A stretch of 64,000 nt of DNA, from NCBI GenBank assembly GCA_000091205.1, contig AP006491.2. One strand, written 5' to 3'. The stretch's first letter is position 1. Every line of letters starts with the position of its first letter. This stretch comes from Cyanidioschyzon merolae. Its lineage: Eukaryota. The notes beneath the pieces were generated by a model that was not told the origin of the DNA, ran no database searches, and saw only the letters and a list, made by a program, of their open reading frames with translations. Below are positions 30,891 through 40,860 of this stretch, in pieces. The position numbers and the translations under genes were made by a program.

Positions 30891-32425
30891 ACCGAACAAA
30901 ACAAACTAGTCACAAACTATTTATTAAAGAACAACTATCTTAAACACCCACACACCACGCCTGCCTAAGAGGTCTAGCTTTTTCCGGAGAAGCTCTGAAA
31001 GTGGGTTAACGCGGGGTGTCTAAGCGACGGGGAAGGAAGCCGACGACACGGACCTTGACCGCAACGAACGAAGGCGCGGAAGCAGTAGCACCAGAAAATA
31101 TTGACGAGCATTCTGAGCAGTCATCCGCCCCTCCCGAAACAACGCTGCAGGTTCGGGCGCAAATACTGGATCCATCCTTGAATTCGGGCTCAGTTTCACC
31201 TTCTACCTTGAGTACCTACCTCAACTTTGGAAACAATCTCGGCGGATACTTTGGAAGACAGCTGGCAGTATGCTCACTGTCGAAAGTGGAATAAGCGACT
31301 TGCCCGCCTATGTGTTTGGGGAGCGGATACGAAGCCGCTGAAAGGCGGTTTGCAGACTGTTCCCAATGGTTAAGGGTAGCTTCACGCGTCCGGCAAGATA
31401 AAGGTCGCATTCGAATCGACCTTGACTAATGTACTTTTGATGCTAACTTCGTGCTGCGGCAGACACGCAGTGAACGACTGGAATGCAGGAGGCAATGGTG
31501 GCATGTGCTCTCACACACCCCGTGGAAGCTGCGTCTAAATCGACAATGTATCTCTGGAGTACCGCGGCGTTACTGCTATTCGGTTATGCGCTACGACTCG
31601 ATAGGTTTCGCATCATGGAATATTAGCGGGATCGCCTCGGTATTGAACTACGAGATATCGAATTACCAGTACAGTAATGAAGAACTGATACAAGTCGAGG
31701 ACTCTACAATAGGAAAAGAGACCCAACGGGATACGGAGAAGGAGACACAAAGGCCTCATGATCCACCTAGATGCAAAATAACCAGAGAAAGCAGCTCCGG
31801 AAAGAGCGCGAGGAAGAAGACCAACAAGGAAAAACAGAAGAATAGAAAAAAGAACGCCCAAACGAGCCCATCACGAGTGATCCCCCGAAAAAGCACCCCT
31901 GCGGGAACTCAAGAAAGCCGTCGCCAAACCCAGTCACCTACTCACAGCGCTGAAGATCCGAAAAGCCGTGCATGCAAATCTGTAGACCAACTGGCACGCG
32001 AGTTTGTAGATGGGAATCAGAAGATTGCCACAGAACTGGGACGGCTGGCACCAGAACGCAACAGCTGCAAACCTTAGTACCTGAAACGACGTATCAAAAC
32101 CCAGATTGATGAATGCCACCGACTCAACAAAATCGTCAACCGCACCGCCATACATGCCAACGCCGGAGACAAGGAAGCGATGGCAGCGCTACCGGCGCTA
32201 CCGGCGCAACATGAAGAAGCTATCAAAAGAAAGAACAAACTTCCCAGAGAAGACAAACGAGAGCATCGAAACCGCAAAATCGCCTCCCTGACGAAATCTA
32301 TGCTGGAGAGCACCAACGAAGATGAGACCTAGCGCTCCATTCGATCGAGACTGGACCCACCAAAAAAGTGTCTGGGGCTCACACCAATCGTTTATGAGGA
32401 AGCGCTGAGGACGGAGCGTGCCTCA

Positions 32426-32857
32426 GTGAATGAGGCCTGGATAGACCACGGGACAGAGCTGCATGAAGACGCAACTGGGCACTGCCAAGACCCAATCTAT
32501 TGGCACCAGTATGCCGCAGAACTACCGCGCCTCGAACCGGTACCGGAATGGAACGACCCAATCTTCTGGCCTGAATCTGTTCGGGCCCTGTTAAGCTCAT
32601 GCAACCGCAAAACACCTGGCATTGACGGTATCGCTGCCGAGTGGATGAAACTGGTGATCCCAAAATACGAGACAACAGGGACACCATCGATACCACGCCT
32701 CAAGTCGACGCCCGTTGTGGTACGGCAACGCCGTTCTGTCTCCGTGCAGCGACCGCACCGGCGCTATAGGCGCTATTGCTGTCGCTTTCGGCAGGCACTA
32801 GGCACACACGATAGGACGTATGAAACGACCAGAATATCCGAGATGAAGTATAGGTAA
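32426..32857 (+). pseudogene. Fragment of a reverse transcriptase from a non-LTR (LINE-like) retrotransposon (N-terminal RT motif only)
   Basis: ..VRALLSSCNRKTPGIDGIAAEWMKLV.. matches the conserved K-x-PGPDGI motif at the N-terminal boundary of the RT domain. No further RT motifs follow, so the copy is truncated or degenerate. Confidence 0.4.
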
Positions 32858-32965
32858 TGTACCATGGAGGTAGGTGTAGATCGATGGATACTTCACCGCG
32901 CACTGAAAAAACACACACAAAAAAAAGTAAGAAAAGAAAAATGCGCAGAATCGGAGAACGCTGGC

Positions 32966-33760
32966 CTAAGTAAACGTTTTGTGAGTGGAAAAAAATTTGA
33001 TAATCGCCCATATCCCCTTGCGTGAGATTCCCGGGTACAGCGCAAACACGGCGCGTATCATGAAACGTTCGAGGTTCATCGTCACATGGTTCTTCAGGTT
33101 CGTCAGGTACTTGATGGCCCCGTATTCGTAAATATCCGCGTCACCTGTATACCGAGTACCATCGAAGCTGTAAAAGAGATGTTTTTCGTGGAGGACGTGC
33201 ACGCGTTCATTTTCCCTCCGCGCTTCCGCTGTACCAAGCATCAGGTGACGAATAAAGGTCTCGTCGAAAACTCGTTCGGAAGCTGGACCGTTTCCATGTG
33301 CGTCATTTCGGGATACATCTCCCCGCCAAATGCACTAGTCCTGACGACACCTGTATTATAGTCATGGAGTTCGGCTCAAAACGGTTTCGAATGGACTCTC
33401 GTAACTTTTTCTTGCACGGAACCTTGATCTGTCCAAGAAGACAGGCTTTCATAACCAGTTCGTTGTAGTGTGGTCTTTCTTGCAGCCATCGACGTAGGAC
33501 CTCCCTCCTTTCGGTCCTTCTTCTCTTCCTTTTCTTCTGGACTCGGTACTGTTTTTTGTTTTTTCTGGCAGCCAGCGACACCTAGGCCACCAGGATCCTC
33601 CACTTAATTCCCCATAGGTTTCCTACTTTATTTTTTTGAAAAGGAACGCTCTTTGAACGCTTATGTCATATAATGGGAAAAACACTTGAATACACTTGTT
33701 TGAGGTTTGAAACACGAATGAACTGAAAACTATGCTTTGCTACGACTACATCGCAAATCC
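32966..33760 (-). mobile_element. TnpB/Fanzor-like element, copy B: a 5' fragment (ORF1 plus the N-terminus of the nuclease ORF), then truncated
   Basis: ORFs at 33303..33581 (MSLAARKNKKQYRVQKKRKRRRTERREVLRRW..) and 32966..33241 (MLGTAEARRENERVHVLHEKHLF..ISRKGIWAII) are over 90% identical to copy A. The 5' leader matches copy A at 20850-20990. Homology ends after GIWAII. Confidence 0.65.
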
Positions 33761-34899
33761 AACTTGTTCGTTGGATCTACACACTCTATCTCGCCATGCG
33801 ATGCCGTTGTCATCCGTTCGACAAGGCCCCCAGCCACAGTGAACGCGCCTAATCTGGAGTCTCATGTCCCCCTAACAAGAAAACGTATTGTCAAGCTCGC
33901 GTTTCCCTTCAACGGCTACATTCGCGCCGTATCTCGTGACGGCCTGATCGCCCAGGTGCGCGTATCGAGTGCGCCACACAGAAAAAAGAACAGAGACTCT
34001 CGATTCACGAGCATGTAGATTTTGTTTTCCCTTTCGACGATAAACTTTGAAAGGAGAGAAAGCTTTCCGTATTTTAGAAACTTTACCTTTTACGCGTAAG
34101 ATCCCTAGAACTGTAAGAGTCTGCTAAGCTGGTGCTCGGTGTTCATCTAAAGTGGCTGGAGCAGCCGCGAGACCTGAGCAACTCGTCCCCAGAGCGGTTT
34201 ATTCCGGGACCAGGGGTGCTTAGGCAGCGTCTGCACGCCGCCCTGGTCGCAGCGTATCCAGTGGTAAGCCTAGACTGTTCTGTCTACGTGCCATGACCGC
34301 AGCGGCGCAATGGGGGCTACGGCGGGTGCTCACGGCATGCATTCGACACGCGATAGGGCGTGCGAAAGGACAATTATATCCGAGAAGAAGAATGGCTAAT
34401 GGAACGTGAAAGTAGAGTGCAACATGGTGGACGCTTTCCCCGAAGTCGCTGGCGGCGCGTCTCCATTCCATGCGAAAGTGCTGCACCGAGTTACTGGTAT
34501 CGATGACCCGAGTTCGATTAAACTTGAACAGTATATTGCTCGCCCTCTTCCTGCTTTTCGAATTTTAAAACTTTATTCCGATGGAAAGCCGCGGCATTCG
34601 AAAAGGGGCTATTGTGACTTACGCATTCTAACGAATATGCGGATCCTCGGCAGCGTTTTTGGAATGGCCTCCTCAACGCGTTACCACGGGAACTCTTTCA
34701 GTTCCGGGACGCGAGCTCATTTGCGAGACCCCCCGAGCGAGACTTCTTAAAATACCCGATACGATGATCCACCGCATACGCCCAAGTCTCCAAGCTTCCC
34801 TTTTTCTCACGATAAGTATGCTTCAACCATAAATGTTTCAAGGCGACCCGTTGACGCAGCAATGCACGTCACTAGATTGATGAGCAGAAAAATTCGACT

Positions 34900-35410
34900 T
34901 GCTCCACTGTGAGCATGTTCATGAGCTCGCACGGAAAGCTCTCTGAACTCATCAATTCAAATAATCGATTCTCTTCGAAAATGGACAAATGCTCCTCTAT
35001 TTGTGGCCATCAAGGAGGCCGCATTCGACAGCAGCACGATGCCTGTAATGGGATACGCTTCCAGAGCCATCCGCCTGCACAGTGTGAATGCAAAGGGGTC
35101 CTGCGCTCGGACCTCAGCCATCGCAGCGCTCGCTTCCTGCGGATAATGCGCAACCGTTTCGCATGATGGGGGCGTAGATGAACAGAGATATTACGACTTG
35201 ACCTCTAGCCTGTTTTTTCCCTTCCAGTGCCTTTTCAATGTAGACAACATCGCGTTCCACAAACCCCGTATCGAATGGGACAGCGTGCGCTTGCGTGTAC
35301 CTCGGACAGAGTCCTCGCCAAGGCGATCGCGCGGAAGAGGCCGGTGATCAGAGCGTACAGTAATGGGCACGAAAACGAAGAATGCGTCATGGGGAGCGCT
35401 CTGCACCCGT
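34900..35410. repeat. Rearranged partial copy of the R3 repeat (plus-oriented 5' part next to a minus-oriented middle part)
   Basis: On the plus strand, ..DLSHRSARFLRIM.. (about 35100-35160) resembles the R3 ..DLSHRSAHTMDG segment. On the minus strand, 35191..35406 (..VRSDHRPL..GLWNAMLSTLKRHWKGK) resembles 39.77-39.93 kb. Confidence 0.4.
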
Positions 35411-35669
35411 CAACTACTTGTACTGAGCGATGAAGCGAGCGGTCAAGCGCCACCAAGAACGCCTCAACCTAGTTGTCCAGTTTTCCTTGGGGGGCGAATG
35501 CGCTGCTCCAGGTGGAAACCCTCCTGAAGCGCGGCAAGTGGACGCGCGCTGCATCCTTCCAAAGCGATACATTTTGGGTCAAATCGTACGCTATGAACAG
35601 TATCCACCGCGGGCGCTCCGTCGAGCACCTGCGCTTCCGAACGCGGGTATTCGCGTAAACACAGAGGCC

Positions 35670-37244
35670 ATGTCGGGAGCGTGCCGTGTCACGGCATTTT
35701 GTTTCGCTTCTACTCATATCATCACAAGATCAGAAGAGCGATCGGCTAAAACAAGGTTCATATGGAGATGGCGCGTTCAATGGCGCGCTTCACGCTCTGC
35801 TGTGAACCGGCTTACTTGCACCGCGACCTCACCGTCGTCGCCCAAAACACCAACAACCTCTGCAGACGGGCACGCGCGGGACGGAACAGCGGGCCTGGAA
35901 CCCTTGCGCGTCTACGACCCGGAAGTGTACCAGATTCTCGAGAAGGAGAAAGAACGGCAACGGAGAGGACTCGAACTTATCGCATCGGAGAACTTCACCT
36001 CCGCCGCAGTGATGGAAGCACTCGGATCTGCCTTCACCAATAAGTATTCAGAAGGTTATCCTGGTCGCAGATATTATGGTGGAAACATGTATATCGATGA
36101 AGTTGAGCGGCTATGTCAGGAACGCGCACTCGCCGCGTTCTCCCTGTCGCCAACCGACTGGGGCGTCAACGTACAGCCGTACTCAGGGTCACCGGCCAAC
36201 TTTGCAGTCTATACGGCGCTGCTGAATCCGCACGATCGTATCATGGGCCTCGATCTTCCTTCCGGCGGACATCTAACCCATGGTTTTTACACGGCGAAGA
36301 AGCGCGTTTCGGCGACCTCGATCTACTTCGAGTCGCTGCCGTACCGAGTGAATGAAACCACTGGTTACATCGACTATGATGCGCTGGAGAAACAAGCCGC
36401 ACTCTTCCGACCAAAGCTGTTGATCGCTGGGGGCAGTGCGTATGCACGCGAGTGGGATTACGCACGTTTCCGGCAGATAGCTGACCAGAGCGGCGCGTAC
36501 CTCTTGGTCGATATGGCACACATCAGCGGACTTGTAGCGACCGGCGAAGCACAATCACCGTTCCCCTATGCAGACGTTGTGACGACGACGACGCACAAGT
36601 CGCTGCGAGGCCCCCGAGCTGGAATGATTTTTTATCGCCGGTCAGCGCTGGCAGAAATAGCACCGCGTGGTGCCGACCTCGAGCAGCGCATTCAGGAAGC
36701 GGTATTTCCGGCTTTACAGGGTGGTCCACACAACCACCAAATCGCTGCCTTGGCGGTGCAGTTACGCGAGGTACAAACGCCCGCCTTTCGAGCATACGCC
36801 AAGCAAATTCGACGGAATGCACAGGCCCTGGCCCGACGTCTTGTACAACACGGGTATGATTTGGTGACCGGTGGCACGGAGAATCATCTGGTACTGTGGG
36901 ACCTCCGACCGATCGGAATCACGGGAAGCAAGATGGAAAAGTTATGTGAATACGTGAGCATTACACTGAACAAAAATGCAGTACCCGGTGATACCAGCGC
37001 CCTGAACCCAGGTGGCGTTCGGATCGGCACGCCAGCGCTGACGACTCGCGGTTTTCGTGAGGCGGATTTCGAAAAGGTTGCAGACTTTCTGGATTCATGT
37101 GTGCGGATTGCACTCCGGATCCAGGAACAAAGCGGTAAGAAGCTTAATGACTTTGTCGCAATGCTTCCAGACGATCCAGAGGTGCAAGCGCTCCGTGAAA
37201 GCGTGGAGCGCTTTGCGAGCACCTTTCCTATGCCTGGTCGCTGA
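35670..37244 (+). CDS. SHMT: Serine hydroxymethyltransferase (possibly with an organellar presequence); an alternative upstream ATG exists at 35430
   Basis: ..[20 protein letters not shown]... Motifs [10 protein letters not shown] and [13 protein letters not shown], with the PLP-lysine region TTTTHKSL. Stop codon TGA. Confidence 0.9.
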   Translation: MSGACRVTAFCFASTHIITRSEERSAKTRFIWRWRVQWRASRSAVNRLTCTATSPSSPKTPTTSADGHARDGTAGLEPLRVYDPEVYQILEKEKERQRRGLELIASENFTSAAVMEALGSAFTNKYSEGYPGRRYYGGNMYIDEVERLCQERALAAFSLSPTDWGVNVQPYSGSPANFAVYTALLNPHDRIMGLDLPSGGHLTHGFYTAKKRVSATSIYFESLPYRVNETTGYIDYDALEKQAALFRPKLLIAGGSAYAREWDYARFRQIADQSGAYLLVDMAHISGLVATGEAQSPFPYADVVTTTTHKSLRGPRAGMIFYRRSALAEIAPRGADLEQRIQEAVFPALQGGPHNHQIAALAVQLREVQTPAFRAYAKQIRRNAQALARRLVQHGYDLVTGGTENHLVLWDLRPIGITGSKMEKLCEYVSITLNKNAVPGDTSALNPGGVRIGTPALTTRGFREADFEKVADFLDSCVRIALRIQEQSGKKLNDFVAMLPDDPEVQALRESVERFASTFPMPGR

Positions 37245-38305
37245 TTCGTTACCCTCAAGCTGATTGCCCTGCTTGGACACGGACCCTCTATCTCTGTCGG
37301 GGGGTATGCACGAATACGGTGGAGGCACCTACACTCGCCCGTACTGTTTCCGGCGCATTCGACGAGAGCAGCGCCCTTATCTTTGTGAATCAGGCGTGGA
37401 CGTCTTCTCAAAGGCACCGCGATGACGCTGAAAGTGGTCACGAAACCCGTACGCAAGCAATAGATGCCGTCTATCGGAAACAGTTGTTCATCGGGGGATT
37501 TGCTCATCCACACGTCTGCACGCGTGGATGTTAGGGTGGAATCCAGCATGCCGGCATGGTAAAAATTCTCACGAATCGTTGATCCTCCGAACCGTCGGCA
37601 TCTGCACGTACAGGTACGGATACTAAAGTCGAATCCTTTATTTTCGTGATCTGTATCCACGCGTCTGGCAGCTCGTGCTCGTCAGCGCGTTTGCCGCAAC
37701 CTGCTGCTCCCTCTTCGGTGGTACGAATGTCGCCCAGCAGATCAGTTTCACCGTATCCGCCAGCCCAAAGTCGACGACGATCACAAAACAGGTCCCGGGT
37801 GCTCGTCACAACGGACCTCCGCTTTCGCGTCTGCGAACGCGAGCATCGAACGCGGAGCTTGCACGGCGCCAGGACGAGCGCTCGTTCATGCACAAACGCA
37901 AGCCTGTAGAAAAGCTTTCTGTGCTTCGTGCGACCTTGCGAAGCGATTTTGCAGGCCAGTGCCGGAACCTCGCCCAACTGATGTACGGCAACGCTGATTG
38001 TGGAAACGAGACAGCAAATTCAGCTGGATATCTGGACCTCTTCCCCTGGCATGTTTTACACGCCGTTCGATCATGACCAGAGCAGCGACTGCAGCGCTGC
38101 GATGCCAATGCGATCGCCAAGAGGTAGCGTCCCTCATCTGCAGGTCATCTAACAATCTAGGGACTGGTCTGTGGCAGCGGTGTGTGGCCCCCAGCGGTTT
38201 GCATTCCTTTGAACTGAAGAGGCACGAGCAGTAGTGGCGTGCAATGCATACGTCGGAGCCTCCTCGACATGAACGCCTTTCTGGGTAATACTCAGACTAG
38301 TGCCT

Positions 38306-38362
38306 TCTAGAGTGCCTGTACCAGCACGCCCGATTTGGTTTTGTTTGTTTTCCTGGCAGGAG
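38306..38362 (+). other. Conserved 57-nt intergenic motif, copy 1 (function unknown)
   Basis: ttctagagtgcctgtaccagcacgcccgatttggttttgtttgttttcctggcaggag is about 93% identical to 53443..53499. The flanking sequences of the two copies are unrelated. Confidence 0.5.
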
Positions 38363-39449
38363 GATCGAGTAGGATGACGAGGTCAGGACCCGTCTCGATG
38401 CTCTGGGTTCCTTTCCGATGAATGAGGACATTTTCTGCGCCTTATTTCGAGCGAATATTAGCGTCCAACTAGCGAAATCGGACAATCTCCGGCTGGAGTG
38501 CATGACATCGTGCACGGGACGCCAACGGTATCCGCAGTGCAGAGACAACAAGCGTGGATTCAAGTGTCTGCTCAATATGTAGGAAATAGAAATGACGAAC
38601 ATGACGTGTCGTTTGGTCGAGGCCCCTGGCTCTGGAGGTGCTGCAACGCGCTGAACCTGCACTTTTGCTCCGTCGACCAGCGCGCACAAAGTGAGCAGGA
38701 ACTGAATCTTTCCATCTCCCATCGATGCAATCCAGACGATTTGAGCGCATCACGAGCACAAGGGCACGTTGAGCGTGCTAGACGACAACAGCAACATCGT
38801 GAAGCAATGACGAATGCACCAGATGATGGAAAGTTAGTTGACCATCCGTTTATGGCGAGGCAGTCGGGGGCAAGAGACTTGCGATGATATGACTCTCCGC
38901 GCAACAGTACGCGCCATGACTTGATGCATCGTGACAGGAAGGCTCCCATCACGAGCGAGGGATGTCTCGTGCTTCCCGGGCGGACGTCCGTCGGCTCGGT
39001 ATCCAGCGAGCTTTCGCAGGAATCGTTTCGTACCAAGCGTGTGCGTTGTGCTGCGATGCGGAAGACTTGCGCTCACGAAATCAGTGCCTGGGAGAGGGTC
39101 ATAGATTCCCGTCTGGCTCAAGGCCCTGGCATGATACGGGGTCACCAATGCGGCAAGGCTGGTACGTTCTATGCATACATCGGGAACGGTTTCCCAGGTA
39201 ATCGGTGAACAAGAATGGTGCCATATCATTCAGTAGTACTGAATATTGGTATATATAGGCAGAACGTTTCACCGTAAACCTCTGATGGATTCCTAAAGCA
39301 ACGTCAGACTGAATCGGATCGGGTCCGTTCAGATAACCCGAGTGTTTACGCTCAACATGAGGGTCTCTTCTCCTTGTCATCAACATGAGCGTTTTGCGCG
39401 CTTCCACTGCGAATGCTTCCTTTTTCTCTCGCTTATATGCGGTTTTCAG

Positions 39450-40500
39450 TGTGCCGGTCTCTACGATCCCTCCAGCTCCGATGTCAGCTGTTGGGGAGAG
39501 TTCATGAGAGCGTGTGAGTCCCGCTCTCGTCGCTTCCTGCTGTTGTCGACGCATTGCATGCCGAGGCTCAAGTGACGATCTACATATCGATTCCCATTTT
39601 CACCGTCTTTGTAGATAGCCTTGATGCGCTCTTCGCAGCGCTGTTCATTCACTGAGCTCAGGTGCTCCCATCTGTCCACCGACTTTGCTTCTCAGAGCAT
39701 TGCCAACCTCTATAGTGTTCGAAAGCTTCGTTCATCTCGTTCGATGCCGTCCTCCGTTTCCGCGCTCGGTGCCGTACCGTGCGATCATGAGCAACTTCTG
39801 TATGAAAACTACGGCGACTGCGCTGTCCTCTGCACGTGGGAGCGCGCGCTGTTCCATGAAAGCCCGTCCTTGTGGAACGCAATGTTGTCCTTGATGAAAC
39901 AAGTACCGAGAAGCAAAATCCAGGATACAGAACATGATAACGAATTTCGATGTTCCGGTGCCCCGTTCGAGCTAAGCGATGCTGCACGCTCCACTGGAAA
40001 CAATCGCTCCGATGAATCTAGTCCGAGTCCGAGACGCTCTTTTACGAAAACAGCAGAAATGCGAGCTTCTCGCAACGTATCAGAGGAGAAGTATCATGCC
40101 GTTGTCGAATGGCGTCTTATCGATGGGAACAAAGATGGAAAAATCTAGTTTTTGAACGGAACAGATGATTCAACTTGACAAGTTCCGTGAAGTTTCGGCT
40201 TATACTTGTGACCGAATCGTTCACGGACGACCTCGAGTATCTTTCCTCGTAAACCTAGCGGTGCAAAGGGCTGCACCCATGATTTGCCTTGAAATAAAGA
40301 GATCGAATCCCTGAAGGATTTGTGACATGCGCGTGCCTCATATAAAGAAAAGAGATGGGCGGAGGCTTTGCCTCATGAATTCGATGATGATATCGGTAAT
40401 TTCACGAACCTTCGTTCGGCGGCGTCGCCAAACATCCTGAATCCGGTGACGTAACAAAAGCCAACGGCAAAGCGTCGTAGCAGGCACTTCACCACTGAGA
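39450..40500 (+). repeat. Dispersed repeat family 'R3', copy, containing an intact 175-codon ORF (39621..40148)
   Basis: Homologous to the 13.1-14.1 kb and 46.0-47.2 kb copies (..ccgtaccgtgcgatcatgagc.., ..ttgtggaacgcaatgttgtccttgatgaaacaag.., ..gagaagtatcat..). Terminal motif atccggtgacgtaac..agcgtcg (40447). Confidence 0.55.
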
Positions 40501-40860
40501 ACGCTGAGCCTACGTATGCATCCGCAAGCCCTTCGTGCAGCACTCGAAATTACAATTCTATACATGTACATACGGTTCGGAAAAAAATCTCAGGGCATGA
40601 ACAGTGCGACCAGTTCCATGTTTCAGTTTACTCTGACACGCGTCCTAGTGCAGGTAGCGGGGTGCGAGCTTCAGCGGCATCGTCCTCGCTTGACCAAGAA
40701 GCCTTGTAGTTACAGCGGGCGCGCTCCGATGCCTGAACGTCATCGCGAGCCCATCGGACAAGTTCCGCACTGAACGCCAATAACGCAACCCTCGTATTCG
40801 TCTTCTGCGTGTTGTGCAGGAGCCCGCCCTGGCAGCGGTTTCTGCAAAACTCGGCACCGC

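Noticed and set aside
36884-37660. A 258-codon minus-strand ORF overlapping the 3' end of SHMT
   Set aside because: It is antisense to a well-supported gene in a GC-rich region, and its composition is low-complexity (R/S/T-rich). This is a typical spurious antisense ORF.
38306-38362. A U1 snRNA gene or spliced-leader RNA gene at the 57-nt motif (it has CCUGGCAGG)
   Set aside because: The motif lacks the U1 5' end ACUUACCU and an Sm site, and the sequence downstream is not conserved between the two copies. It fits no known snRNA or SL RNA, so it stays unassigned.
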